This document shows positions 22,878-37,279 of a stretch of DNA of 64,000 nt, one piece after another. The DNA is from Podarcis cretensis (lineage: Eukaryota). The DNA lies in the NCBI GenBank assembly GCA_951804945.1, contig OX638153.1, positions 30,938,001 to 31,002,000 of the forward strand, read 5' to 3'. The position numbers were made by a program, and so were the translations under genes. The notes under the pieces were generated by a model. That model was not told the origin of the DNA and made no database searches. It was given only the letters and a program-made list of their open reading frames with translations. Numbering within the stretch: position 1 is the first letter of the stretch; each line of letters begins with the position of its first letter.

Positions 22878-25545
22878 ATCATTTTGATTGTGGGAGGCCA
22901 TGAGCACCCAATGCTGTGAAAAATAATGACTTTACATATTTTAATAAGTGAAAATGATTCTTCCCCACCATAAAATATGCAAAGAATGTGAACTTTCTTA
23001 AGAGAAAGTGTGCAGGACTGCCACACAACAAATGATGATCTGCCATTCTTTTGTAACAAATGAGCGTTCACCATTTTCCTTGCAGCATAATGTACATTAT
23101 TAAAAAACAAAACAAAAATTTCACGATGTTTTATCTAGCTATAGTTAAATAAGTAAAACTGCAGGGTAAATTAAATTAACCCTCCAGGAGCAAATACACA
23201 GGAAATGTCTGTCATATTGTTTCTAGTAAATACTGATGGAAGATAGCATATGATAGCAAAGCAGAAAAGGTTCTCCTTTTGAGATATCTCCATGAGATTT
23301 CAACAGTCCTTTAAAGCAGATATTGTAGATTGTGTCATGGTCATAGGGTTGAATGTAGCACAGGAAATGAGACATGAATTGCGTGAGCCAAATATGTGGA
23401 GTAATTGAAGAGCATAACTCCAGGGCTTTGGGAGGGGGAGAAGTAATGGAATTCCTAAGTGAAATGGCCCATTGCTGTAATAAATACAAGCTATTTTAAT
23501 GGCTCCAGAGGAAAAGCCTGTGATATTGCAGGCAAGTTGTACTGGAGGAATCCACAGGCAGTGAAAAATGTGTGCTTGTGATAGGGAGAGCACATATGTG
23601 AAAGTCTTAGGTCCAATCACAGAGAAAACAGTGTTTCTAGGAAGTTCCAAGAAGAGAATTGGCAGTGAGAAGAAACCCAAAGAACGGAGCCATCTGGAGG
23701 GAGAGAGATAAGACTTTACAACCCAATACCTGGAAACAGGTGTTATTAGCTAACTTCCATGTTAATATAAGTGGGACCAAGAAGTGGATCCCACCCATGA
23801 CATCATACATTCCATTGTGCCCTTACAGAGTTAACATCTGTACAGAGGAGGACTCTGTGTGTGCAGTTGTACACAAGAAGGCTTCCATAGACAGAATTAA
23901 GGTTCCTGGTTCCATGGAAGACCTTATATATATACACACACAAACACATATGCAAAGGCTCCCTTCCTACAGACATTCACACTGTAGGTGCAGACATCAG
24001 GGGAATATCTGGGCTGCTCAGAATGACTCCAATCCTTGTTAGTGACACAAAAGCTACTTACATCTGAAAGAGGCTACTGTCATCATAACACTCAGGAGTG
24101 TCACAAGGTTGAACCAAAACAGTTGGTGCATTTCTATTGGACCCAAATATTGTGGTATGAAAGAGAAATAAAAGGCCACCCCTCTACTTAAGGAAGAGAT
24201 TACAAATATCTAGTTATGTGCTAGTATTCTTTTCTGTCTCATTCTCCTCACCTAATTTTCTTGGAAATAGTTAATGCTCCACTTTGACAATTCCAAAGTT
24301 CTTAGCTAGAGAATGAGGTGATGTCAGTGTGAGAACCATAGATGAAATTCTAAGCTCCTTGGTGTCAGCCAGAATTTCTAATTCTTGTAGATACATTTGA
24401 ATGTAAATAGCCATTTTATGCATTCAAGATAAAAATGAACCCAAGGAAGAATTCTGATGAAACAACCCAAGCTTTCAATTCCATAGACTGGTGATTGTCA
24501 CCAGGAAAGGGGGGGGGGGAGAATCTCAATTTATAAACACAACTTGAGAAAGGAAGAAATTCATTTGCACAAAAGTGGCAACTGTGCTTGCTAGAACTCA
24601 TCAGCTACATTGTCCTCATCTTACAGAAGGAAATAATACTCTATGGGCTGAGAAGATGCAAGTTTTGAAAAATACTCAAACTGTTCTCCACATTTCATGG
24701 TTATCTTGCACAGTTTGCCCCAGTTAATATTGGCACATTTTGCAATTTGTCTCCTTGCACTGAAGGATTATTTAGTATTATATAGTTGATTGCAATTAAG
24801 ATGGCAAATAGTTAAAATGCAGGAATGCAACCTACACTAGGCAAATAGCATAATAAATTATGGGTTATAACATGACTGTCCAACTTTAATTAAGGTTTCA
24901 GAAAAAATAAATACATAAACACATAAATAACTACCAACAAAACAAAAACAAAAAATGGGATAGATATAAAACTGGACGGGGCATCTTTTTCATAAACGTG
25001 AAGACTATTTTGTACATATAAACAACAGAGTTAACACGAATTACATGTGTATTGCTTACCCAAGGTGATGCTACATGTACAGTAAAACTGAACATAGCAA
25101 CAAGAATTTTTCCAAGTCACAATTTCAATTTAATGTACAATGCATTATATGCCTTTGTAAAAATTGGCTGACGTTCAGCCTTAAAAAGCAATGCAATATT
25201 TCTAATTTTAACTATATGTATGAGCAGTGATGTAAGATGCTGTACATATTCATAGCTAATGAACGATGCCATGGATGTTAGAAAAATATGGACTTTGTGT
25301 ATTCATCCTTTTAAAAGCTGGTTTTCTACTTATTGTTTCTATGGTCCTTGTAACTTGTTATGTTGATAATACAGATATGGAAGTACTAAGGTGGCTAAAG
25401 AGTCCTTATCCAATTCTAACGTAAAATAAAAAGAAAACAAGAATACCAGGAACAAACTTAAGAAGGCAGATTTTTTTCACATATATATATATATAAATCT
25501 CAGTAGAAGAGGCATTTAATCTTGTTTTGTTTCCCCATGTCTTAC

Positions 25546-25734
25546 CTCATCTTTATCCTGCACTTGGATGAAAAGAGGAAGAGCAAAGCCCACCTGGGCT
25601 AGTTCAGGAATAGCCACACTATACTCTGAACTGTTGAACTCAGGGGCGTTGTCATTTATGTCAATGACAAGAATGTTGAAGGTAGTCACCACTGAAGCAT
25701 TGGAAGGTGTGCGGTCATCGTTTAGTTCTGTCCC
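25546..25734 (-). CDS. CDH23: CDH23 exon (human exon 11 equivalent), 189 nt, phase 0/0: GTELNDDRTPSNASVVTTFNILVIDINDNAPEFNSSEYSVAIPELAQVGFALPLFIQVQDKDE
   Basis: Acceptor tttcccttcctacag|GGG, donor GAG|gtaaga; DINDNAP linker; within ORF 25516..25899. Confidence 0.97.
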
Positions 25735-26735
25735 CTGTAGGAAGGGAAATTGGAAAGGGGAAACACTGTTATTTTGGGATTTTTGCATGTTGTTTATCCA
25801 GCATGTGACTATGTTGAGAACCACACCTTGAAGGATTAAAATAAATAAACACAATCTTATAAACAGAGAGAGAAAGGAAATCCATTTTTCTTCAAACAAG
25901 GGAAAAGGAATGGGAATTTACCCTGAGCAGTAGGAAAGCAACTGATACTGTATTAGAGGGCAAAGAAGCATGAGGTGAAGCTAGTTTGGCAATACCAGAT
26001 GCACACCCACCCACCCACATTTTACTCCATCAAGATTTTCCATTTAAAAAAGAAGCATGGGATAAAAGCCAGAGAGCTCCATGCCTAATTTAATTTGGCT
26101 TGAAAAGTCAAGATTCTGCAAGCAATCTTTTTTGGGGGGGAGAGGGATCAATGTAAATGAAAGCACACAGGTCTTTATTTACTGTATTTTGTTGTGAACT
26201 TTGCTGCTGCTTTAAGATAGCTGTATCAGCCTGCTATTTTGGTCCTAGGCACCACTTTATATTTTATAATTTATTTTGTTTATTTTGTTTTAATTTTGTT
26301 TTGTGCACCGCAGTAAAAAGGAAAGATTGATAAACCAACAATAATTTTCTGACCTCTAGGCCTATTTTTCTTAGCTTAGTAAGCAGCATGGGAGGGAAGG
26401 GGAGAGGCTGGAGGATTAATTTTGGAGATGTATTTGCAGCTATGTATTGCAATATGGGGTGCTGTGAACAGGGGCTATGCTCATGCATTGTGTGGAGCAG
26501 AACAGAATGCATTATCTGGTGCTAAAAAAGCAGGCAGTGAAGGCACTGAACACAGTGCAGGGAGCTTAACCATAATTGTCTGGGAGACATGAGCCCACTT
26601 CTACTGCACTGGACTGCACCAATTTAATTGCCTTTCTGCACAGCGAAGTACTGGAAGAGGGGGGAATACAGTCTCACACTGCATAGGGCAATTGGGCAAC
26701 ACAGCTCTATGTAGCCAATATGACTGGGCATAAAG

Positions 26736-26940
26736 TAGGAATATAGGAAGCTGCCATAGAATGAATCAGATCGTTGATTCATCTGGTTCAGCACTGTCTA
26801 TATTGGCTGACTGGCAGCACCTCCCCTGGATTTTAGAGGGAGGACATTTCCAGACCTACCTGGATATGTCGGGGACTGGACCTGGGATACAACCTGCATG
26901 CAAAGCAGATGCTCTACCAATGAACTATACCATTTCCCCC
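26736..26940 (-). mobile_element. Squam2-like tRNA-derived SINE with CR1-type tail
   Basis: taggaatataggaagctgcc tail; head gcatgcaaagcagatgctctacc...ttcccc; similar to 27287-27460 and 50292-50472. Confidence 0.75.
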
Positions 26941-27286
26941 ATGTCCTCTCACTTAACATGATCTCATCTCATTGGATATAGGATCCCTGATTGGCTAGGA
27001 ATATACATTGGGTGTGGGGGAGATAATATGGTGCCAAATGAAGAGGAACATGGTCACCATGAACATTTGGTGTTTAGGAGGAGCATTTCACGGATCCAAA
27101 TTCCCTTTTAACTACCTGTGAGTTTTTGAAGGAGGCCATACTTCTCAGCCATGGTTTCCTAACGTAGAGAAACTTACCTGTAGCATTTGAGCCAAATTAT
27201 TCAGTGAAGACAATAAGGACCATTATTTATCTTCACCTATATAGTAGCAGACAACCAGAGCCAGAGGACAAGATGAGACCAACCAG

Positions 27287-27460
27287 AGGAAGCTGCCTTC
27301 TACTGAGTCAGACCATCTAAATCAGTACTGTCTACAATGACTGGGAGAGGGTCTTCTGGAGTTGTGGACCAGGAGTTTTCCTCAGCCCTACCTGTAGAGG
27401 CTAGGAAAGGAAAGCTGGGGCTTTCTGCATGCAGAACATGTGTCCTGCCACTGATCTGCA
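27287..27460 (-). mobile_element. Squam2-like SINE
   Basis: aggaagctgccttctactgagtcagacca...tgtctacaatgactgg...ttctgcatgcag; homologous to the neighbouring copy. Confidence 0.7.
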
Positions 27461-28084
27461 GCTGCCAGTGCATTTCCTATAGCATTTTGGTGATAGAAAA
27501 CTAGACTGCAAAGTCACATGAATCTATTTAGTAGGGGTGAAGAAACTACAGCCTTTCCCCTATTTAAAAATAGATTCTGCCTTCACTTAGATTTTTCTTT
27601 AACTAAACAAAAACTGAACTAGGAGAAGAAGCAGGATTTCAGGGATAGAGATAATAGCATATTGACCATGTAGAATTCCACTGAAAGACCCTCAGCAGAG
27701 GTCAAGTGGAGTAATTGCATGCCAGTTTCCCTCCTTGACAAAGTACTGCCCTTCTAGGGGGAAGGAAGGGGATCAGTACTTCTTGGGAAACTGCCTGCCA
27801 CCTCCCAATCAATGACCCCTCTAACAAATGGATTTTCTCCCCCATCCCCCACCCCTCCAGCCCAGTGGAATCCATACTACTAAATATGTTTCCAACCAGC
27901 TCGTTGGCTTGGTATTGATTTTAATTAAACACCTGTGATTGGTGCAGGGAGGGAGGGAGAAGTTCTCAGGTGCTGGAACATGGTTCTTCATGGCATTTGT
28001 TAACCAGGATGTTTTGCCCCTCTTCACTGTAATTTCTGCTCAGCATGGACAAACTTGTGTAGGAAGGCTCTGATGAGCACCACG

Positions 28085-28250
28085 CCATGTCTAGTAGCCA
28101 TTGATGGCCTTATCCTCCATGCATTTGTCCAATTCCCCTTTTAAAGTTGACCAGTTTTGGTGACCATGGCCACACCTTGTGGTATGGAATTCCTGAGTTT
28201 AACAATGCACTGGGTAAAGAAGCACAGCTTCTTGCCTGTCCTGAATCTCC
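28085..28250 (-). mobile_element. CR1 LINE fragment
   Basis: tagtagccattgatggccttatcctccatg...tgtccaat...tttaaag...ggaattcc...gtcctgaatct corresponds to the reverse-complemented CR1 ORF2 end. Confidence 0.7.
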
Positions 28251-29441
28251 TATCATTCAGCTTGATCAGGAACTCTTATTATCTAGTTCCAGCAGGCAGT
28301 TCCATAAAATGCATTTCTCCAGGAACTTCAACTCCATAGCATTACCCAATTTGCTACCTAGGGACACAGAGATATCTAACAAATGGCCCTAGGTTTATCT
28401 AAAATCTAATAGCACTGAGTAAGGAAAAGAATAAACAGAATTGGACAAAAACAGAGCACCTAACTGTTTTGGGAAACTTACTGAAAATGCATGCAACTTC
28501 TTTTTCACATGTCTACTCTTGTCACCACTCAGTTTTATACACGTTTGAAAACTCTTCATGTGGAATGGCTTATATTATTTTTCTCCTTCACCATGCATGT
28601 CCTATTATCTTTGTTGTCCATATGTACTACTCAAGTGTTTTTGAGTTGGAGTTGTGTCTGATTGTCAAAACCAAGCAATTCCAAGTTTGTTCTAAGGAAT
28701 GTTCCTGGGCAGGAAAAAATATACTTCATAATGGATCTTTGGAACCACCTGAATGTTGGAACCACTACATCATGTTGTAGCTACTGATATGATGCACATT
28801 TATTTGGACTGGATGAAGACCCAATGTCAACAGCAGGGACCTATGGATGATGAAAAATGGGTCCACTTCCTCTCAGTTGGAAATAGCATAATATGCCTCA
28901 ATATCTAAATGCTTGAAGTTGGGGAAGAAAGTCATCTGAGTCTACTGACAATGACTTGTCATGAAGCTATAATATAAAGGCAAATTTTGTGTCAAAATTC
29001 AATAAATAAATGGGAGATTTAAGTTATGTGAATAAGTGAGGGAATGTGAATACTAAAACACTGATAGCAAGCATTCAGCTTCCACCAAAAGTATTTCAGT
29101 TTTGAAACTCCCCAAAATGTGTTTGTTCCTAACTACACATATCCCCAAGTAGAATGGCAATGGCAATGGCAATGATTTAGGTACAATTTCTCTCTCTCTT
29201 GGCACTCAATATTCAAAGCTATAAATTGAACAAAATTTCATGTTCCTGGGGAAATCCTCACCAATTCTAAGATTTGCACATATAAATTGCATTTCAAAAC
29301 CAAAATTCTCAAAATTTATGCAGTTTCAGGTTAAACTGAAATCCCACTTTAGCTTTTGCTGCCACAACCAATGTTCCCTTCTTCTCCCTTGAAATATTCT
29401 GAAACACTTGCTCCAATACAGCCCATCTCTGACTCTCTCAC

Positions 29442-29554
29442 CTTCACTGTAAGAATAAATCCAGCACTGTAGAAAGGATTTTCTCGGTCCAGTGGCCCAT
29501 TCAGCGTTAAAGCACCACTGATGTAGTCCAGTGCAAATATACTGTTGGTGTTGC
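29442..29554 (-). CDS. CDH23: CDH23 exon (human exon 10 equivalent), 113 nt, phase 1/0: (G)NTNSIFALDYISGALTLNGPLDRENPFYSAGFILTVK
   Basis: Acceptor ttttattgtcag|GC, donor AAG|gtgaga; within ORF 29349..29609; LDRE motif. Confidence 0.97.
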
Positions 29555-31669
29555 CTGACAATAAAATAAATTGAATCAGCACACATAAAACTCCTGTGCA
29601 GAAATGCATAAAAAAAGCTCAAGATTTAACATTTAGGTCAAAAACAAAACACAGTTGCAGATCAGAAAAGCAAAATGTTGTGCTGTTTGAAACCCCAGCC
29701 AGCAACAGATTTATGCCATGACTTGAAAACATTACTGAATGTATTTTAAAGACCAAACTCTATTTCTCATTGCCTCAATCTAACAAGATACAGGTTTGGA
29801 AACTGAGCTGCTGCTGCTGCTCCTCCTGATAGCATCACAAAAACTTCAGGCAGTGAAGGAGTTTCAAAGCACTCCTGTTTAAATGGAAATGTATTCATGG
29901 CTTTTGTATACACATCACTTCTGCTACTGATTATGGATCTTTGGCAAGGCACAGAGACACACATCTGCAGTTCCCTTTTAAGTATAAGGCTGGGTGTGGA
30001 GGGAGGGTAGTTTGCCGAAAGCATTCTTGACAGTATGTAGAGATGAGATCGGAAGGATGTGCAGGACATAGAGAGGGAATGGGATCCTTTCTCCTTCTCC
30101 TACTTTGTAATGCACAACCCCAACTTCAAAAAGTGGGGGACACAAGATAAAGCAGGCTAGCAAACCTGTGGAACAGGAAATCAAGGAGGTGAGACCGGGA
30201 TGGGGGAAGAAGAGGTAGAGAAGTAGGAGTCCTGTTCTAATGTTTTACAGAAAACCCACCCAAAAGGGTGGAATTCCCCAATTTCAAACTTAAACGCTAA
30301 CCTATTGCTCAGTCACCACAGGGATCAAACCTAGAGCCCTGTAGATCAGGCACTGATTGCCTACTGCTTATACTGTTGAAAGTCAAAAAAAGAAAAGGGG
30401 AAAAAAGAGGATTATGTTATAAAGTTTTCGTTTTTTAAAAAAGGTTAGAAATAGGGCAGGAAGTTTCTTGGGGATATCATGAGGACAAGTCAATCAGTTC
30501 TATGTATGGCTGGCTTCTGCGTAAAACTTGCACACACATTTCCTTCAGAACTCAGCCCTGGAGAAGAAAAGACATAGTGAAGAAGCTTTCAGATTTGTTT
30601 CATTCCTCAAGACTTATATATGACTTCACATTTTAGAAGACAAAGGTGTGGGGGAGAGGAAGAGCCTGCCACCTCCCCCCATTTTATTCCCAACCCCCCC
30701 CCCCCTAATACATGCACACTTGTTGCTACACATTTCCTTTCATGTCCGAACCCCCACCTTCCTCTCTTTATGAAATACTTTTGTCACCCCTTATTCTATT
30801 GTTACCTCTCTTGTCAATTTCTTGACCCACTAAAAAGTCCCAGCCTGGGTTAAGTGCATTTTAGCATGTGGCTGACTGCATACTACAGAAATGTCTGATG
30901 GCTTTCAATTGGTTTGTTTGCTCCATTGATCTAACAGCAATTACACCACCTCTGCTTTCTTTCCTATAAAGAGCAAAAAAAATGCACATGGGCAACAAAG
31001 CAATCCCAGGCCTGTTCCACACCTCTGTTATTCCTCCGCCCACTGGGTTCCACAGCAGAGAAAGTAGTAACATGTTTCTTTGGGCAGCATTCACTAGTAA
31101 TCATTAGAAGTCCACAGGCGGACAGGCCTGTCCTTGTAAATCCTTGTCTTGAGCCTGTAGTTGCCTTACCAGTGTGGCTGTTGCTTTCCATACTATTCTT
31201 ATAATGTATGTAGTGAGGAAAGCACATGGGAGGCATTTGGAGATTTCTGTTCTACCCTTCTATTGCCTATGTACTACTCATTAGGCATGGTAACTCCCCA
31301 GACCAACACCACCAACCTCAGAGGATGAACAGAATTAGCATGGGCAATAACTGTTGTCACATGACCCTCTCCCATACCCACATGATCTCCCTGATACACA
31401 GCAGTGGGGAAGCAGCCAGGTGGAAGCTACGAGCCATGCCATTCAGGTAATCTGGTTCTTAAATGTTATAAGCTAGTGATGCTGGATACGTTTGGTTGGA
31501 AATAGGACACAGGCACACACAGATTATCAAGACACTTTCCAATTTTAATTTTTTGTTATATTTGTCATATTTTTAGTTTTTAAACTGCAGTATCAGCTCA
31601 AAGGAACAAGAATTAAAAACACGTTCATCACATTCTCTCATTTCAATCCAACTGTGCTTGATTAAGACT

Positions 31670-31760
31670 GTGCTCCTAAGCACACTTACTAGGAGTAAGC
31701 CTCATTGAACTCAGTGGGACTTATTTCTGACTCAGTCAACATGTTCCAAATCAGGATGCA
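31670..31760. repeat. Short (~90 bp) interspersed, partly palindromic squamate repeat; second copy at ~47598-47680
   Basis: Shared core gtaagcctcattgaactcagtgggactta vs gtaaatcccattgagttcaaaggggcttc. Class not determined. Confidence 0.5.
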
Positions 31761-32017
31761 AAGATACAAAATGCTTCTGCTACCTACATTTGCACTCTCT
31801 GCCTCTTGCAGTGTCCTGAACCTCAGTATGAAGCCTTGTTGTTCTTAGGATGCTTGAGAGTTTAATGATGGCATTGACTGTATTGTACTTGGCCAGCAAA
31901 GGACATTCTATTGTCTCTTATTTGGGCAACTTGGCATTGCTAATTATGTGCCCTCCAGTTCTGACCTGATCCTTTCCCAGTGTTGAGCTACTGGCCCTCT
32001 CAGTTGACAAACAAGTA

Positions 32018-32225
32018 CAGTCGAACATCTGTTTATGTAACCCTCTGGTTACGCAAACTTCGGGATGCGCATGCGGCAAACCCAGAAGTATTTTACCAGG
32101 TTTTGCAGCGCGTGCGTGTGCAGAAGTGGTATGTGCATGTGCAGAAGCGGTCCTCAGATTGCGGAAACCTCGGGATCCAACCGGAACTCCGGAATGGATC
32201 CTGTCCGCAACTGGAGGTACCACTG
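32018..32225. mobile_element. Tigger/pogo-like MITE (same family as 20571-20819)
   Basis: TA|cagtcgaacatc ... ggaggtaccactg|TA; shares gaatggatcctgtccgcaa with the 20571 copy. Confidence 0.85.
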
Positions 32226-35094
32226 TATTGTGATTTCACACCAGGCTACAACCTGGATTTTTCAAGCTGAAAAAATGGCAGAACAGATTGCTTTTGCATC
32301 AGGGAAAAAAAAGTAGATGTGACTGTTTTGCCTGTGCTTTAGAAGTACAAACCTGCATTGTTCATGGTTCTACTAAACAGTGTTGCAATCCCAGGAAGGT
32401 TTTTATGCAGCATGGCTTCTTATACATTATAGTCTTAAATACGCAGCATAAAATGTGCAGTACAGAATTCAAGAGATGTTTTATCTCTGTGTTCTGTATA
32501 TAAGCAGACTGGCCAAGACAATCCAAATGTCTATAAGCTATAGAATATATATTTGAGTAGCATATAAATTTGTTTTTTAAGTGACTCCCACTCTGTCTTT
32601 CTCTCCCCCCCCCCTGCACATACACACTCCATACTAAATGGTGTTCTGAGGGTGGGGACATGTAATGTGACATCACACTTTGAGTTACCCCTTCCCCATG
32701 AAGGGGAGCAGCTCAGAACATTACAACACTGTGCCATACATTTTTACACTGGCAAACATCTAGCTTGAGGCTTGGCATCCCTAGTGAAAATGCCCTTGGG
32801 CACATAATCCAATAGCCCTCTTTCTTTTGTCAAAGGGACATTTGCTGCCACAACATGCAATCTTTAGACTGGCCTGGACTCATTAAACCACTAAACTTAA
32901 AGTGAATGACTTTCATGAGATGTGAAAGGGGAACGTGGCCTACACCGCACACACTAGATAATTTATTAATCAAAATGTGCTCTGTCAGGGCTCCTCTGCA
33001 CTGAAATAGATGCTGTTGGATGTGGTTCATAGAATCAGCAACAGACACAGTTATCATTATATAAATAGTCCATCAGCGGCTTTGACTACCTCGCTGATCT
33101 TCACCTTGAATTCTACCCCATACAACATCCAGACAGGTGCTCAGGGCTGCTTCCCTGTAATGTCTCCCACACTGTTTTTATACAGGTTATAGACAATAGC
33201 AGGGGTGTACGTTTTGGGAGGGGAGGGCTGCCAGAAGCATCCATTGCAGCAAATAATAGTTTCACCCAAGGAAATGGCTGAGAAGTTGTAACCCAGGAGG
33301 TTAAACTAGACTAAATAAATCACTGAGTCAAAAAGACAAGGGCAGTAAGCATGTGAGTTAACATGAGGCAGGCAGCAAATTAAGATGATAGTCCATTCAG
33401 ACTCAAAGGTAAATGTGCAAGGAAGGAGCAGATCCAGTAAAAGGGAGCACAGCTGCATGGCACAACAGAATAGGGATAGGGCAGTCTCCACAATGCCAAG
33501 GCAATGCAGGTCAACAGTATGAGTTGTACCTGTGTATTCCCAGGCACAACACGATATTCCCCCATGGAATGAGGTTCAGGATGAATATTTGAAATGGGTT
33601 CTGGCACAGAATGAGATAGGGCCCAGAGGGCTGAAAGAGGAAGGAGGGACCAGGCAAAATTGGATGTCTCACCTTATAAGCATTTCCAGGCTTTGTTTAA
33701 TTAAATGATTAAAAATAAAAATTCCAACACTTTGGAAACATACAGCCCAACCCACAAGAAAAGCCTGTTCTTAACAATTCCCTCATTTTCTCCAGTGTAC
33801 ATACAACAGCTTCTATGCTGTTACATATATATTCCACATTTTGCACCATATCAACATTGAGGAGTGGGGCAGAGGTGAAACACAAATCTGTGTTTCACAT
33901 CCTATAGATATATAATATCTTGTAAAGACATCAGAGTTAACAACCATGAGTTCAATTCAGATAAAATTAAATGCATTTAAATCATATTTAAATCTATGAG
34001 GCTTGTTAAATTTGCATATGTTCCACTGATTTCAATTTCACTGTGACTTCCGAACACTTACATTTCCTTCGGTTGTGTGCTATGAGATGCATCTGGGGCT
34101 CTGCCACGCAGATTCCCACAGCATCAGATTCCCCATCAGTCTCTAAGGGTAGTTCATTGCTGGGGAAAGATCTTACCATGTGATCTGCCTGTCCCACATG
34201 AATCCTGGTCAGGAATGCTAACGCTGTGGCATAAAGACCAAGCAACATGACAACAACAGCCATGTCACAGTAGTGTGTATGTATAATTCAGCCCATAGAT
34301 GTCATCATTACATGGCAAACTTGCCTTCTTCACATTGACAATTTTGTTTGTATAGAATTTTTTTTTTTTTTGGGGGGGGGAATCTTACCATGATCAAAAT
34401 TCCAGACTGCTACACTTTTTCTTAATACCTGCATTTATTCCTATACAAACTATTATCCACATTGCAAAGCTGTGTTTCAAAAGAAATGCCCTTTCTATAT
34501 TTGTCTATATATTCCTATTAAAGTCATACTTCCGCAAATAGGACTTTGTTTGGATCCAATCCTACTAACACACACACACACACCCCACACACCCAGGGCA
34601 ATATTCCAGAGGCAGCTGTCAGCTCCTCAACCCCTTGTGAAACCAGTTACTTCCTCTGCCCCCCCATACTCTCATAGTCTTTCCAGCTGTTTCAAAAGCT
34701 GATGTTGAGTTACTGTTTTAATTACTGAAGGCCATTTGTTGGTGAAGCTTTCTGAAATAAAAGGAGCCATTATAAAAGCAATATTTGCAAAGACTGTTCC
34801 CGGACTGACACTGGGCCAAAGCAATGTAACACACATTGCTAATTCTCTGCAACACTGAAATGTCTGAGGCACTTTGGTTGTAGCAACACCCAACATTTTA
34901 GCTTTTAGTCTAGTTCTATCTCATGGACATGGTAGAAATCAGATTCTGGGATAGATCATACCATCATCATAGAATGGACCATACCACTTCAGACTGGGGA
35001 TGCCCTATCCCTAATCTAGGAGGAGGGTATCGAAAGGTCTGCCTGCTCTTGTGTTACTGCAACCTCATCAATTAATTTTTGTCTGAGACTCTTC

Positions 35095-35339
35095 AAGAAG
35101 AAGAGTTTGGATTTGATATCCCGCTTTATCACTACCCTAAGGAGTCTCAAAGCGGCTAACATTCTCCTTTCCCTTTCTCCCCACAACAAACACACTGTGA
35201 GGTGACTGAGGCTGAGACTTCAAAGAAGTGTGACTAGCCCAAGGTCACCCAGCAGCTGCATGTGGAGGAGCGGGGACGCTAACCCGGTTCACCAGATTAC
35301 GAGTCCACCACTCTTAACCACTACACCACACTGGCTCTC
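35095..35339 (-). mobile_element. Squam3 SINE, full length
   Basis: Minus strand starts GAGAGCCAGTGTGGTGTAGTGGTTAAGAG (A box), includes GAACCGGGTT (B-box region), and ends AAAGCGGGATATCAAATCCAAAC(TCT)n. Confidence 0.88.
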
Positions 35340-37279
35340 AAGATCTGTCTTGGGATGTTGCTTGGTGGCTACCAGAGAGAAACAGAATTTCCCTGGCTGT
35401 GGAAATTCCCTCCAAATATATATTCACCTGACGTCTTTACTGTCTTTTAGACACTAAGCTATAGCCATCCTATCTGACTATTTTTTACAGCCAAAAGAAA
35501 GCATATAAACAATATAATAAATAACTAATTTTTGTTAGGTATAATGCTTCTTGTTTATATTTATAATGCTTTTTTACAGCTGTTGTTCATTTTAGATTAT
35601 TTTTATCTTAACGATGGTGATATCTTAGATTATTTTATTGATTTGTGAGCTGCCTTAAAGACCGCTGTAGTAGAAAGGCAAGACACAAGATTTAACAAAC
35701 AAACAAACAAATGGTTATTTTCAAAACTGGAGTAATTTAATTTCACAGGCTACAGATGAACCAATGCGTATATAATGCGTATACACCACTGTATACCAGG
35801 TTAGGTATACACCATTGCAATACTGCTGCCTCATTCTGCTTCAAGTCTAACTCACACATTTTATTTTCAGGTCCACATCTAAGTTGTGTGTTTTTAAAAA
35901 AACACACACTCTTAACAACATGGACAATAATCTCAGGAACTGGACGTGACTACCATTGTGTCTTTCCAGTCTTTCTGACAAGAAAAGCTACTGTGGTACT
36001 TTTGGGGTTTATGCTCTCTGCAGTGCCCACACCCCTTAGTCTTTATGCAATCATGTAAATTCACCTCCATTCTCACTACAGCATTGTGCAACATTATTGG
36101 AAATGTCCTGCCAGGGTTCACCAGTATGATGTTCCACAGTGTTTTATGCTGCATTTTTGGACCGTGTTTGCATGTGGTAGATAGGCAAGAAAAACTGACT
36201 CTTTCATTTTATATGGCCATTCACCCGGCTTCTCACTTTTTTTCTTGCCTTTGCTGTAAGGTTCTAAAGTCAACTCTGTTACAAGTTAGTAGACAGGGAC
36301 AATAGTTGTAACACACACCTTAAGTTTTATGACTCCCACACTCCACTGGCATGGCAACGGCCATCTAAATTTAACTCCTCCCTTCATGGTTATTAATAAT
36401 AGCCTGACTGCCCAACCCCATTTCTGATGTCTTTCCATCACTTGTTGCACCTTGGAAGCTGCCAGGACATCAATCTCTCTTAGCCTGAAGAGCTCCTTAA
36501 ATGAAAAATCTTATCTAGAACAGGTCATGTTATATAACAAGTCACTAGCTTTGCCTGGGAAATGAAAGATGATGAGGTAGAGTCCCCGGGACAGAGGCTA
36601 TCTTCATAAATCTGCCAAAAAAGGAGCTGTGGATTACATTACTGGATTAATTATCTGTCCTTCAAAACACAGCCCTGACCTCAGTGTCTGAACATCACCA
36701 GCCTAACCCAGCTTGTGAACACAAACAAGGGACTGCTTCCTCTACGGTGATATTAGAGGGGCCGTTTGCTGGTTGCACTTGAGTTTACCAAAAGGTATTC
36801 TGGGAAATTTACAAATGACCCTCAGATCTCTAGTGTTTTCCATGTGGCTCTTCTCAGTTCTGTTGTCCTTTGTGACATTTACCTTTGCTTTCATTTTAGT
36901 TGCTAGTCTCTGTATGTTTAAATGGGTTTTGAGCTGCATGCTGGCATTATGCTAAATTTAGTGAAAGCAAAGGAATCACTTGAATCCAGGTTAAGGACAG
37001 CAATTTCTAGCTCAGCGTAGATTGCATTGGGGCACATACAGTAACTCATCTTACTGATTTGAAGCAAACATCAAAACTAAAGAAACAGTTAACCTTAAAA
37101 TTAATTCTTCCTTGTGGCACCTACCCACACAGAATTTGAGAATTTTTTACCATGCCCCTTTGGGATTCTGTCCAGATTTCTCCAAAAAATTCATCTGAAA
37201 AAGAACCTCCCAATTCTTTTCAAGTTTTGCTTTATGTGAAATCCAATGGTAACCTAGGGAAGTGCAAAAATCTTGCACT

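Noticed and set aside
24850-25545. 3'-UTR-like AU-rich sequence after the exon-11 donor read-through (VRHGETKQD*)
   Set aside because: No canonical minus-strand AATAAA nearby; composition alone is insufficient evidence.
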